From assembly GCA_951406725.2 (NCBI GenBank), contig OX597840.1:39246001-39310000 (forward strand): a stretch of DNA of 64,000 bases, written 5' to 3'. Positions 13,629 through 32,280 of the stretch are shown here, in pieces. Below the pieces are notes generated by a model. That model was not told the origin of the DNA. It searched no databases and saw only the letters and a list, made by a program, of their open reading frames with translations. The DNA comes from Octopus vulgaris. Its lineage: Eukaryota. Every line of letters begins with the position of its first letter. The first letter of the stretch is position 1. A program made the translations under genes and the position numbers.

Positions 13629-14165
13629 ACAGGCAGTGGCTCTCATGGCTTCTGATCTTAACTGATTGGAAGTGTTATCACGTACATTGTTTTGTCTTGG
13701 TATAAAAGATGGGCTACAGCAAATATTCTGCTCAATACCACAGATTTGCTTGTCAGTTGTTTGACCTTAACCAGTTGAGCATGTCCCTTAGTGGCTGACG
13801 ATATGTGCATCTCTGATCACGAGCAGAAGTAGTGGGGGAGCATCATAGCCATGTGTTGAGAGGGATTTGGGGTTTGAATAATTCACCTCTGGAAACATGG
13901 GTGGTTCTTTCAACATCCTTAAACAACCCTTATTCAGGGACCTTTTGAGCGGGATGGGCTACTCAAATTGAAGAAAATTCTAACTGGGCCCCACCTGCAA
14001 GGTCATGTGCTGTTTATCTTGATATGAGATCACCATGTCGCGCACATATGGTTGTGATGCATGTACCTGGTGTACCCTTATCAGACGGGTAGTCATGATG
14101 GGTATATTGGGCTTCGTATATTTTACCCCAGTGTCACTTTGATGGCATGCACTGCTCTCTCACTC
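13629..14165 (+). mobile_element. Unrelated non-coding insert of about 540 bp between (TAA)n tracts; probable 3' UTR of a second TAA-targeting retroelement
   Basis: Unique sequence bounded precisely by TAA runs, with about 300 bp of pure (TAA)n downstream; no ORF and no similarity to the neighbouring R4 copies. Strand is inferred. Confidence 0.55.
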
Positions 14166-18300
<4,135 letters not shown>

Positions 18301-18667
18301 GATCTACTTCGCAATCATCGCGGTAAATATCATTAATATGTAAACTGTGGCCCAAAAAATTAACAGCGATGACAAACGGTAAAGAAATAATGTGAAAACG
18401 GTGATATCATATTCGCATACACATATTGATTCACGCAAACACATCCACCGAAACAGAAAACGCACGCACGCACGATCCCTCCCTCGGTAACCATAGACAC
18501 ATACACATAGAGAAGCTGCCAATGCAATCCTTTTTATTGCATGTACACTGAAGCAGAACCAATATGTAGACCGTGAAGTTTTATCCGGTTTCAAGCGGTT
18601 TAGTGATGAGATTATGAAAATACAGCAATTTTGTTCCATTTTACTAGTTTTTTTTTATGGAAAGAAG

Positions 18668-18806
<139 letters not shown>

Positions 18807-19111
18807 ATAGATATAGATATAGATATATATATATATACATATATATACGGACATGCATATGTGTGTGTGTGTGTGTGTGTGTGTTTGTGTATGTGTGTAA
18901 GCAAAAATGCTAGTTTTAAAGAACTTCTGTACGAGGTTTTTAAAACTAGCAGTTGTACTAGAAAATGGTGTTCGTAGCCACTTCAACATGGCTGCCCTTT
19001 CGTGTGTGTGTGTGTGTGAGCAAGCACGAAAACACACTGTCTCACACACTCACACACACATACATGCACAAGCAGTTATATACATACGTACACACACACA
19101 GACAAACATAC

Positions 19112-19151
<40 letters not shown>

Positions 19152-20115
19152 ATATTATATATATTTTACTTCACGATGATTACCCAGTGAAAAACCTCTG
19201 TTCACTGGTTGTTAAATTTTACCATTAATTAAATAATTAGTTTGACGTAATATTTCCTCAGAACATCTGTTGCCATCTCAGTTTTCATGCATTTATTATT
19301 TTATTCCTGACTTCATCAAGTATCAAAATATCTCGAACTTTTCTTCCTCATTATCCTAAATTGTGTGTTTGTGAGTGTCTACTCATACGAGGATTTGTCG
19401 CATTAATTATCGCAATGAACACATGCTAGTAGTTCACATATCATCCTATACGCGTGTACGAGTACTTCTTGCTTGTCTCAGTTCAATGCTGTCTTCCAAT
19501 CTATACGTAGACATTATTATGCTTAATCGGTCTGTGGTTGTTGAAGACGACCCTGGATATCACATATATAATTACTCAACGCTTTATATATACAAGTATA
19601 TATTTCACCCATCTTAGAATTATGCATGAATGCGTCGCTGCTTTGAGTAGAAAATATTTTCGTTACAATTTTGTTTGTTTGTTTTCAACAAACTTAATTC
19701 AATTATTCTCGTGGGTTTTCCGAATATGTTAATTCTTTATGGAAACACAAATACCTAAATTCTGTGACGTACAAAATATATAATAATACATATGTAACAC
19801 TTATATAATAATACATATGTAATAAAAAGATCACGTGAAACTCTCGTGTGCTAAATACTTTGATGTACTTTCATCTATTGCGTAACCTATGGCAAAACTG
19901 GCAATCACCCGAATCTCTTGAAACTTTCTAAGCAAATAATGTGAACTCCCACTCATATGCAGAATAATTTTCCCCGTTTTATTCAAAGATATCACTTGGC
20001 AAACACTACAAAGTTATATGTGCGTATTGTCACACACACAAATATATATATATATATATGTACATATACATATATATATATATATACACATATACATACA
20101 TATATATGTATATAC

Positions 20116-20171
<56 letters not shown>

Positions 20172-20411
20172 GAAATATGTTACGAAAAGAAAATATAAAA
20201 AACACGTGGAAATGTCAGGGTAATATATGAAAAATGAATGAAAACGCACGTTGGAAATAAAAAAAGGGCTATTTATGACAGGTAACAACAAATATATACG
20301 CTTACATTGACTGAGGTAGTAATAAGTCATTATTATGAGATGATTATAAGATGATAATAAAGTAAGAGAACAAAACGGTCCATGGTTTACGCAAAGCTAT
20401 TCATCGTTTGA

Positions 20412-20489
<78 letters not shown>

Positions 20490-20521
20490 ACGTATGTATA
20501 TACATATATGTATATATATAT

Positions 20522-20725
20522 ATGTATGTGTATATGATAGATCGCTAGCCACCACAAATTCTTTATTTTTCCCTCCTTGTTTCTTTCTGTGTCCCTTTCT
20601 GTGGAAGAGCGTAGGTTCGAAACGCTAAAGATTTCTCCACTTTCCGAGCGTTAAACTAATACATCTGTTTGTTGTCCACACCACTTGTCTTCGTCGTTTG
20701 TTTCGTTTTTTACTAATTCTCCTCA
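20522..20725 (+). mobile_element. Short repeat, probable Penelope-like 3' end with degenerate hammerhead-like motif
   Basis: Inverted homolog at 29481-29657; CTTT-CTGTGGAA-GAGC(gtag)GTTC-GAAAC; located among TA repeats. Confidence 0.55.
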
Positions 20726-20730
20726 TATAC

Positions 20731-21116
<386 letters not shown>

Positions 21117-21407
21117 TGATTGATTGATTGATTCCAGTTCCAGCCTATGAGCTGTGGCCATGCTGGGGCACCGCCAGATAGATAAATCAAATAGATAAAG
21201 AACGGAATGGATTCGTTGCTTAAGTGGAAACCCTGAAAGTTTTTTTAAATACTTTAACGGCATTAGGGTGAGTGCCAGTGCTGCCATCAGTTACGTAATA
21301 AATGGTATCTAGTTCATCCAGTATGTAGCAAACGGAAGCACCGACTTTTTACATATGGAGATTACTGTTTTTTTTCTTCTGAGAATTTCGCTACTTTTCG
21401 CTTTATA

Positions 21408-21795
21408 TTTATATATAAAAGTCAAGTTGTGTGTCTGTCTCCTACGATTTAGATTCCTAACTACTCCCACATTTTATCGGTGCAGTGTAACCAAAAGCGG
21501 GTATCTTATAGTCGTGATTCATATCGAGCCCTTCTGGGTATTAGTTCGCGTCTACGATTTTAAAAATAATTTACCATAATTTTTTTCCATTTTTATGCAT
21601 TTTTTTCGCTATTATATAAGGGAAGTAACTCTCTAAAAATGTCTACGATGAGTCAACGATTTTTAAAAAAATTTACCATAATTTTTTTTCCATTTTGAAT
21701 GCATTTTTTTTGCTATTTTTTGGCTATAACTTTCTAAAAATGCTTATATAGTTATTTCCCGTACAAACCCGAGCAACGCCGAGCGATACTGCTAG
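21408..21795 (+). mobile_element. Non-autonomous Helitron
   Basis: 5' TATATAAAA..AGTTGTGTG; 3' CCCGAGCAACGCCGAG...CTAG|T; internal partial duplication; homologous to 44815-45325. Confidence 0.8.
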
Positions 21796-22487
21796 TAATG
21801 AATAAAGTACACTTTTTCGGAAGAGCAGCGAAACTAAAAGATTCTACGACCGAAAAGTTTATGAAGTGCTTTACGTTGTAATCGGAAGGAAAGGTAGACA
21901 GTCTCGGGGAAAAACTAGGAAGACAGTACGGTAATTTTGTAGCGTGAAATACCACGAATTTTTAATGTAAATTCTATGTATTTTCTACAGACAGAACCAA
22001 AGTGCGTGAAGTCAATTTGCTTTAAATTCATATATGGAAGCGCATAAGTGTCTCCATTTCGCTGAGGGTTATCTGACTGCCTAACATCAGTTAAAACGTG
22101 ATGTATTGAATTATTGATTTCCTGCGTAATCTTCTACAAAGTAAATTGAAACAGATTTAGGCGAATACTGTAATGTGAAAATTCTTTGAAAGTTTCTTAA
22201 CTTTCGACATTTAAACTGGATTTGTAGGATTAAAATGCACTTTTTAAGTGTTCGAGAAAATTGCCATTACTTTTCTATATTTGTATTATCTAAATCTCCT
22301 CTAAATTTAAACACATGTATTTGATTTAAAACATCTATTTTTGATCAACAAATAATCAATTATTTCCTTTTGCCTCAAGTTTTCAACTCGCTCTTATTAT
22401 CGATTATTTTGTATGAAAGGATTCCAGAATAATGACACAGTATTGGAAGGTGATCGAATTTTGCTACACATGTACTATAGAGACAAA

Positions 22488-22780
22488 GGCGGCGAGCTGC
22501 CAGAAACTTTAGCACGTCGGGCGAAATGCTTAGCGGTATTTCGTCTGCGTTACGTTGTGAGTTCAAATTCCGCCGAGGTCGACTTTGCCTTTCATCCTTT
22601 CGGGGTCGATAAATTAAGTACCAGTTACGCACTGGGGTCGATGTAATCGACTTAATACCTATGTCTGTCCTTGTTTGTCCCTTCTGTGTTTAGCCCCTTG
22701 TGGGTAATAAAGAAATAGGTATTCCGTCTGCCGTTACGTTCTGAGTTCAAATTCCGCCAGGTCGACTTTCTCTTTCATCA
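22488..22780 (+). mobile_element. Family C SINE (tRNA-like head, Nin/Deu-like domain) plus a partial tandem second unit
   Basis: TGCCAGAAACTTTAGC A-box-like and GTTCAAATTCC B box; GCCTTTCATCCTTTCGGGGTCGATAAATTAAGTACCAG domain; second unit starts at 22718. Confidence 0.85.
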
Positions 22781-22786
22781 GTGTGA

Positions 22787-22927
22787 AACTGGTACTTAAT
22801 TTATCGACCTTGAAAGGATGAAAGGCATAGTCGACCCCGGCGGAATTTGAACTCAGAACGTAACGGCAGACGAAATACCGCTAAGCATTTCGCACGGCGC
22901 GCTAACGTTTCTGCCAGCACGCCGCCT
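22787..22927 (-). mobile_element. Family C SINE, inverted 5' half
   Basis: Reverse complement of about 22488-22626; followed by a plus-strand tail at 22929-23010. Confidence 0.85.
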
Positions 22928-23719
22928 TTGTAATCGACCTAATCCCTTTGTCTGTCCTTGTTTTTCCCCCTCTATGTTTAGCAGTAAACATAGATGGCAG
23001 TAAAGAAATATATATTCTATCGAGACACATGTACACACTTATAATTATATAAACATACATGAATATATAATACATGCATGCATGTTTGTGTGTTAGTGTG
23101 TTTGTGTGTGTATGACGTAGATTAGGCTGTGGTGAAGGCATCGCTTCTCTGAGAATGAAACTCTGATATAAAGCCAGGTCCTAATAGTAACAGACTCCTT
23201 AATTGGATGCACTATCAAAGCCATGACTGTTCGATGAGGGCAAATGAAACGACGCCCCTATTAGGACCGCCAGTATAAGAAAGTAAAACTCTAGGACGAC
23301 CAGTATAGGAGAATAAAACTCTGAATTCAAATTGACTTACCACTGCTGGTTTGCAGTGTCCTTTTGAGGAAAAGCCTAAGAGAAGGTACTCCGATATAAA
23401 ACCTGCAGTTGACTTAATACATGTCATCTTACTTTGTTTGTCACTGGAATCTACTATTTTGACCCATAAAGTGGTAAAAGAGTTGTACACTTTGCACACT
23501 GAAATACAATGAAGTACATATGTCACCGCAAAAACGCCATCATTGTACGATCATCACTTTTCGAAAGTCTCATGGCCATAGAAGTGTGGCAATGTATGCC
23601 GACTTGACCGGTTGGAAGCATGCAGGTATAAAACTAAAACATAGAACAACCACGAAGCATAAAGAAACGTATAAAGAAATTCCGGATCCCTCTTTCTTGT
23701 GGACGTTTTGTAAATGTTT

Positions 23720-24200
23720 TCTCTATTCGTGCATACTTTCACCTAGTGAGGAAAATATCCATGCATTTTATGAGGAGCTTAGAAGAAGTATTCTGTCAGT
23801 CCCTTTGAATGAGAAGTTGGTTGTGATTGGTGACTTTAATGTACGTACTGTTAGAGACTATGGTGTATGGAATGTACTTGGGCGTTACGGAATAGGAAAG
23901 GTGAACAACAATGGGTTGTATCAGCTACAAATGTGCTCTGAGCTAGGGTTGATTGCTTGGAATACTTTCTATTATCATAACATGAGACATAAAATTACCT
24001 GGATTCATCCAAGATCAAAGCAATGTCACTGGTTATCCTAGATTTTTATTCTCCTTTATTGGTTGTCCTAGAGTTTTATTAACTCGGAAAGCTGGCCTAC
24101 AAGATTTATGCAGTCTCAGAGTATTGCGAGGTTCTGATTGTGATACTGATCACAAAATGGTTAGGGCAAAGTTCAAGTTAAGGGTCGACAAGGAGATTCT
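23720..24200 (+). pseudogene. RTE-clade LINE AP-endonuclease fragment
   Basis: FYEEL...VIGDFNVR...GRYGIGKVNNNG...NTF...TWIHPRSK..W..DFI...RGSDCDTDHKMVRAK, with frameshifts. Confidence 0.85.
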
Positions 24201-24295
24201 TTGTGCAGGTATACGAATACAAAACTGAATTGGCTTTGCTTTTGTATGCTTTCAAGTAATGCAACAGGATAATCGGTATTAGATTTCGGATATAC

Positions 24296-24350
<55 letters not shown>

Positions 24351-24643
24351 GTATATATTTATATATGCATATTCATTAGCATAGATATACTTATATACAT
24401 ACATAGCTATTTATACGTATACATACATATATACTACACTTATGTGTACGTATGCATAAGTGGTAAAGCATATGTGTCTATGTGGGTATATATTACACAT
24501 ATGTGTCTGTGTGTATATGTGTAAAACCATATATATGTATATATATATATATAATTTAATATAATATAATATAATATATTTATACTATAAAATTGGATTT
24601 AATCCTAAATCTGTAAGTTTGGATTTATTCCCTAATATCTTAT

Positions 24644-24730
<87 letters not shown>

Positions 24731-26348
24731 CAATCCCTGTGTTAGACAAAGATAAGCATTATTGTCCAGCCAGTGGTGCTGAGACATTAGTTCTTGTTAC
24801 ATTTTTCTCCATTCAAAGACGAACTCCACTCTTGATGATAATAGTATTTTAACAGTGTTGGAACATTTGAACGTTCCGCGAGTGGTAAGATCCAATTAAA
24901 TTCGGCCGTTTTCGCTACAAATGATTCAATACGATTCGATGGAAGGAGTAAAAGCTAAGAAACACTAAATGCGACACCTCGCTAAAGTATATCGAGAAAG
25001 TATATGTGTTTGACGAAACTAAGTGATATTCAGTCGGGGAAACCATTTTCATTTTCTGTGACGGTTTAATCAACAAATAGCGTCCCTGAATTCTATTTTT
25101 CCTTCAGATGATAACAAGTGCTTTGAAATTCCTTTAGGCTATGTGTTCATAATCCCCACACAGTAATTGCCTAAATAGCATTGTAGTTATACCTTGGGCA
25201 AACCTTTTAAAACTTGAATTATTGAACAGAATTTTTTCAATGCATCGCATTATATCGCTGACATACAGAGGACACGCATTTTTGTTTTCATCTTGTATTT
25301 TTCCTTTTTTTCTTTTGTTGATAGTTTTTCCCATTTTCTTTCTATAGCGACAGAGTGGAATGCAATTCCTATGTTATCTGTCAAAGCTCCCAGCGTTTGC
25401 AAATTACTTAATGCCAGTTTTCGAAATACCAACAAATTCTCTTAGAAATCAACACGGGGATTACGCATGGCTTCAGCATTTTGTTCGTTATAATGCCATA
25501 CTGGAGAGAAAAAAAGAGAAGAAAACGGAAGAAAGAAAAACGTTTAATGTAATCCGGACCGGATACGTGTAGCTTATTCTTCTTTACTTTTTCGTTTCTC
25601 CAAAATACCTTTTAACGAAGTGGATGTCCCCGGTGACATTTCTTTTCTTTTTTTTTATCAAAAGTTCTTTCAAAAGAGAAATACGAATTAATTTTATCCT
25701 ATGAATAACAATCAGAAAAGAAGCAAATTCTTGAAAGCAAACAGAGTTTACTCTTGAACAGGTCACCTCAAAGAATCCCCATCCACACGATAGCGCCTAC
25801 TGTTAGAAGTAGTTGTGAAACTAACCTCAAATCATTCACTTCCATATTTAAATGAAGTCTACATTGGTTATGTGACCCTGAAATCGGGAAGTGAATAACC
25901 GACCTAGAAGATTACAAATTACATAATTGCTCTAATTCACATGTTGGAGGAGGGTAAGCAACAGAATTTACATCGGTCTGATCGAGAACGCATTCAAAAG
26001 TAGCGGGTTCTGCAGACACACATGTTAGACACATAAAGTCGCGAAATAATACCGCACTGTCCTAATGTATATGGTGCCTGAAAGATATAATAATTAAAAT
26101 CACAAACGTATTTCGGTTGATTAGGGAAACTGTAGCTCCGTATCCAAACGGTCAAAAGTAAGCGTATACAGCATTCTTAAACAGCGATCGATATATTGAA
26201 AGGAATATTCGAACTCCTATATAAGTGCAGAGCAGAAACTTGCCAGTATTTGAAGCTTTTGCGAATTCAAATAAATTGTTGCAGAAAATCTAAATGCAGG
26301 CGTGATTTATAATACTACAAGTACGAATATACACAAGTATGAATATAT

Positions 26349-26577
26349 ACTTCTTTATTGCCTACAAGGGGCTAAACATAGAGGATACAAACAAGGACAG
26401 ACAAAGAGATTAGGTTGATTGCATCGACCCCAGTGCGTAACTGGTACTCTATTTATCGACCCCGAAAAGATGAAAGGCAAAGTCGACCTCGCCGGAATTT
26501 GAACTCAGAACGTAACGTCAGACGATATACGACTACGCATTTCGCCCGACGCGCTAACGTTTCTGCCAGCTCGCCGC
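26349..26577 (-). mobile_element. Family C SINE, full length
   Basis: Reverse complement of 22488-22717. Confidence 0.88.
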
Positions 26578-26773
26578 AATCACAAGTACAAATATATTTA
26601 TTCAAACAATGAGAAGCTTCAAGAATGGCAATAGAAACAGGGAGGGGAGAGAGAGAGATGAGAATGCTGCTAAACACACACAGGTTTCTACTTCAGGATC
26701 AACCACGGAATATTCGCGCTGTGATAAAAAAATCTATAATGCTTACTATTATCGTACGTAAAATAGTAAAATG

Positions 26774-27085
26774 GGGAGGCGCAATGGCCCCGTCGTTAGG
26801 GCAGCGGACTGGCGATCGGAGGGTCGCGGCTTCGATTCCGAGACCGGGCGTTGTGTATGTTTATTGAGCAAAAACACTTAAAAGCTCCACGAGGTTCCAG
26901 CAGCGGGTGGTAGTGACCCTTGCTGTACTCTTCCGCCACAACTTTCTCTCACTATCTCTTCCTGTTTCTCGAGTAACGCGGCAAAGGACTGGCGTCCCGT
27001 CCAGCTGGTGGGGGGGCAGAACACATACGCAACAGCAACCAGGAAACCGTGCCTATGAGCTTGGCTGGGCTTGAAAACGGCTACG
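26774..27085 (+). mobile_element. tRNA-derived SINE, family A head with an alternative tail
   Basis: Shares about 190 nt of 5' sequence with 28244-28598, then diverges; 13-bp TSD AAATAGTAAAATG (26761-26773, 27086-27098). Confidence 0.85.
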
Positions 27086-28243
27086 AAATAGTAAAATGCT
27101 TACTATATCACGTCAATATACTACTCTGGTTATAGACACAATAAATAACTTGTTCAGTTATACGCATGCAATTGATCAATATATATATATATATATAGCA
27201 TAAACATTCTGTAAAACCTGGTTGTTCGATCTAACTAACTTTAATTCTATCAGCAACCTGAAAGTCACATTGTCACTACCGAGGGACCTCGTTTTGAAAC
27301 AGTGAACATCTATGTGTGTATTTGTGTTTATTATTATGTGCGTTTCTGTGAGTGTCCCTCTGTGTGTCTATGTTAGTAGCTATACATAATTTACAAAATA
27401 CATAAATTACAAAATATTGTAGACTGTGTCAATCCGGAAGCTCTTTCCTCGCATAAAAATCGGAAAAATTAACCATAACCGTTATTTACTCATCACATTC
27501 AAAACTTTTATTAAATGCAGATAATTCAGGAATGTTTTCTAATACATAAGAACCATCCAGGACCATATGATTAATCTAATCCACGTCAGCATCATTATTA
27601 TATAAATACCTAGTGATATCTGGATACATACACAGACCTATACTTAGAAACAGTTTGGTAAGCTTTATAAAACTGATGCATTTAAATACCTACTCGAAAG
27701 GAAATACGACTGACGCCGCTCCAATTATAGGTTATGCGCCAGTAAATAGTTTTACGCAAGTACGACAGAGGTTCTTAAATCTATTTCGTTATTGCTAAAA
27801 GTAATCCTTTTGGGATTCACATGTAATTTTAAGTCATGGAACAGGAAGTAAACTACAAATACTATATTTCGGTAAGAATGGAATTAGTTGCCATAATGTA
27901 ACTATATGATACTAAACGCATTTGGTAATCTTATTTATTCATCGTAACCTTTTGAAGTTACTGAATCACAACTGTTAGAGAGTAGAGCGTTTTCGGCGAC
28001 AAACAGACAGAGTCTTTGAAATTGGAATAATATAACTTTCTCTACAAGTAACTATATCGATACTTTCAAATAAATACTTGATGAAGCAATTTTCTGAGTA
28101 AAGTTTGGGAAATGTCGGTTTTTACATGATTTCCAACTCAATGATCAACCAAAATTTGTTATAAATTCACTCAGCGTCTTCTTCTTCCTCCTCCATCACC
28201 ACCACAGAAACTAAAGACCTCAAAGCATACCTGTGTATAAGTG

Positions 28244-28598
28244 GAAGCACTCCGTCGGTTACGACAATGAGGGTTCCGGTTGATCCGAATCAACGGAACA
28301 GCCTGCTCGTGAAATTAATGTGTAAGTGGCTGAGCACTCCACAGACACGTGTACCCTCAACGTAGAGTGACAAGGCCGGCCCCTTGAAATACAGGTACAA
28401 CAGAAACAGGAAGTAAGAGTGAGAGAAAGTTGTGGTGAAAGAGTACAGCAGGGATCACCACCATCCCCTGCCAGAGCCTCGTGGAGCTTTAGGTGTTTTC
28501 GCTCAATAAACACTCACAACGCCGGGTCTGGGAATCGAAACCGCGATCCCATGACCGCGAGTCCGCTGCCCTAACCACTGGGCTATTGCGCCTCCACA
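28244..28598 (-). mobile_element. tRNA-derived SINE, family A, full length
   Basis: A and B boxes on the minus strand; 15-bp TSD ACCTGTGTATAAGTG (28229-28243, 28599-28613). Confidence 0.9.
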
Positions 28599-29480
28599 AC
28601 CTGTGTATAAGTGTTACTCTTGTAAACGTCTCTGCAGATAATGAATTCATTATTATATCCGGCTACTTTCTAACTCATTCTCTTTCTTTCTTTTTTGCAT
28701 TTACCCTACGCTCTTTAAATTTGTGGTAAATTGATAAAACTAATTTGAAGCGAAAGGAAAACAAAGAATCATCTTCGGTAATTCCATCAATGCAAAATGT
28801 TGAAGGGGAAACATAGTCCACAGTAAATGAATCTCTGATGCCTGAAACCGTTTAATTCATACAATGATACATCCATATTCACAGAAACATATGGAAAATG
28901 TCTGTGAATTAAAGAGAAAGATCTGCCAAGATCTGTTCAAAAAATCTCTACAAAATAAAAAACAATAATACATTAATTATAAATCGCAGGAAAAAGTTAT
29001 TTTATTTATAATAGCATGACACGCTTACTTTTTATAATAAGAAAACAAAATGTATAACAGGCAAATAAGTGATGGATTCCAGATTAGAATATTTATCGAA
29101 TTACAGAAGATATATATATATATATCAAGCTCAAGAACACAGAAAACTTGATCAGTAATGAAGAAACAAATGAGCTAGAAGATTAATTCGCAAACATGTT
29201 TTAGATAATATTAATGATTTAATTAGGAACGCCACTTACTGCCATGAATAGAAGCGTTACAATAACGTAATCAGTTGCTTTGAAAACATTCATAATAAAT
29301 AAAAAAAAGCTGTACAAATCTTCACTAAACCCGCGATTGTGAGACGTTACCCTTCCATCTTCGAAATGTTCCTTATCAGCACTTTACATTTTTTAAGGAA
29401 TACAGCTCCATTAATAACAATGATATAGAAATACTTGTGTATGTACCAAACAATTTACGCTTAATGAAGGGTAATATAGT

Positions 29481-29657
29481 TAGGGAGTTTACGAAAAAAC
29501 AAAAAACGAAGACAGGTGGTGTACAAAACCAACAGATGTATTAGTATAACGCTCAGGAATAGAAAAAGTATTTTACGTTTCGAGCCTACGCTCTTCTACA
29601 GAAAGGGACAAAAAAAAATAAGGAGAGAAAAAAATGTGTGTAGTGGCTAACGATCTA
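29481..29657 (-). mobile_element. Short repeat, probable Penelope-like 3' end
   Basis: Inverted homolog of 20522-20725; minus strand TTT-CTGTAGAA-GAGC(gtag)GCTC-GAAAC-GTA-AAA. Confidence 0.55.
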
Positions 29658-31177
29658 TAACCAAATTATTAGGGGTCAGCATGATATCCTTGTGTAGCAC
29701 AGAGATATGTGGTTCGCTCCCTCATTACGTGGCTGGAATGGCTACGAAGGAGCTCATACCTATAGATATAGACAAATAAATTCACAGCGGTTTTAACCGT
29801 AAACTAGTTTACAAACGTTCATTCGCTAGGCTTAGTTATAAAGACTCGATAAATCCTTTTAATAATATTGGCATTAAAATTACATAATTCACGAAACGAC
29901 TGTCTTTAAATACTTCGTCGTTAAATATTATGAAACATACAAAGTGGCAAGACATACAGGAAACCAAACGAGAAACTCATATATATTGATATCAGTCACA
30001 CCTGAATGTGTATAGAGTTCTTATCCTAAGTCTAAATTGGCAGAAGAAACGATACACAAGCGTAAAGTAATGCTTAATATGGTAGAACCTTCTGAACCAC
30101 CGGCAAAAAGACATAAAGAAAAGTCTATTACGCCCCTAATTCTGTTCATCATGTCGTATTTCAGCAGTGAAACTACATGTTTCAACATGTTGGGAGTTAA
30201 TGTGTTTGTGTTCAGCATTAAATTTAATACTCCACAGACTTCTTTAATTCCTTCACATGTTGAAGAAAATCTTGAAGATGTTATATTCATACGAGACATA
30301 CGCAGTGAGTATATTTTGGAGGAAATCTTATACTTAGTGTATCGGTTTCTGAAGCCCAACCGCTAAATAGCAAGGTTGTTAACAAGCTATCAGAGGTTGT
30401 CAATCAATAAGTGGAAAAAAACAGATATGCAGATATATACATATGCACGAAGGGCTTCTATACGTCTTTCTATCTGAAAGTTTCATTCAAAGGGCACTGA
30501 TCGTTCCGGCGCTATAGTAGAAAAAAATGGTTGCAAAAAGAATTAATTTACCGCGCAGATATTCCTGCGCCAAGTTGATAAATAATCTGTCGATAGAGAT
30601 ACGATCTGGATTATTTCAAATACAAACAGGTTTATGTGAGCTATAATTGTACAATAAAGGTGAAGAGTATGATTATAAGAGATCCTAGGAATATCTAACA
30701 ACAATAAATCGCCCTTCTATAAACAAAGAAACAAGCCCTTAGAATCAGTCTTTCAACGACGAGGAAATTATTTTCAAGATTGCGGTTATTTTCAGGAAAC
30801 AAACCATACATACCGTCAATAAACATTCTTCCAAGTCCATAGAAGACAAAACTGAAATCACCTTTCATCTGTCAGTAGAATTAGAGAAAAGATATGTCAC
30901 GAAACTGGCAATATATTTGGTAATTGGAAATACACGAATTAGATTTGATTTGTGCTTGAAATTTATTGGGTAATGCAAAGCATTCGTAATTGGGATGACA
31001 ATTTGAAGCGAATGAAATTGGGAGAATAAGAAATGTCACGAAAAAGGAAAAAAATGTCTAAGCGACAGATCAGACATTTCTAGAAATTCATACTAAAAGT
31101 ATATGAAAAAGTTCACTAGCAACATATAGAAGTGAGTTCCTTTCGTATTGGGTCACTTAGCTACACACACACACAAA

Positions 31178-31307
31178 TAGAATTTAAAGGAGCGACCACT
31201 AAAAGTGGAGGGTCAACATGCTAGATATAGACGTCAAAATCGCGATTTTGCCGTCTATATCTAGCATGTTGACCGTCCACTTTTAGTGGTCAGTCCTTTA
31301 AATTTTG
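31178..31307. repeat. Spacerless palindrome of about 130 bp
   Basis: Arms of about 65 bp centred on AAAATCGCGATTTT, with few mismatches. Confidence 0.92.
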
Positions 31308-31377
31308 TATGTAGAAATATTTTAATCTTCGGATTTTTTTAATATGCTAGGCCACTGGTTTTAATTGATTAATATCA

Positions 31378-31620
31378 ATTTCTACCCACACACACAAATA
31401 TATAGATTTCCAAATTTAGCACAAGGCCAGCAATTCCATAGGGATGGAGACTGGGTATGTCGAATATGTCGATTGGTTCAGCTGGTACTTTTTTGTATCG
31501 ACCTCGTAAGGATAAAAGGTAAAGTCCACCTCGGTGAAATTCGAACTCAGAACGTAGAGGTGGACAGAATGCTGCCGAAAATTTTTCCGGGCGCAGCAAC
31601 GATTCTGCCTACTCAGCGCC
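31378..31620 (-). mobile_element. Family C SINE, decayed, alternative tail
   Basis: AAAGTCCACCTCGG..AAATTCGAACTCAGAACGTA; tail GCACAAGGCCAGCAATT. Confidence 0.7.
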
Positions 31621-31864
31621 TCACCATATACATACAGCCACGGACTTACTCACGTACACACACGTGTGTGTGTGTGTGTGTGTTTGTGGATGTGTGTGAG
31701 AAAGAGAAAGCGAGAGAAAGAGGGTGAGTGAGAGGTACTGAAAGACAAAGCAATACATACAAATTAATATACATGTACAGGTGCGTACGTATGTATATAA
31801 ATGTGGAATAGACAGATATATACACACACACATTCACAGACAAACAAACACACACCCATATACA

Positions 31865-31901
<37 letters not shown>

Positions 31902-32241
31902 CTATATATGAATAACCGTATGTATGTGTGTATGTGTGTGTATATATATATGTATGTATGTATGTATGTGTGTATTGAAATGTATTTATTTAGTATTATG
32001 ATAACTGTCTGATGAACGGTCACGTGAAGCTCTGAGTAAGAGTTTGTGAAGATTTTTTAAAACTTTAATAAAATAGTATGTGTATCTATATAAAAATATA
32101 TGTGTGTGTGTGTGTGTATAAACACGTGCACACACATACTAAATATATGCGTAAGCACGCGATTGAGGGTGCATATATTCATATATATATATATATATAT
32201 ATATATCATATATGCATAAATATCTATATACACACACACAC

Positions 32242-32280
<39 letters not shown>

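Noticed and set aside
28700-30366. Possible decayed coding sequence including the EPPAKR ORF at 30037-30366
   Set aside because: Many stops and no motif I can assign; needs a translated search.
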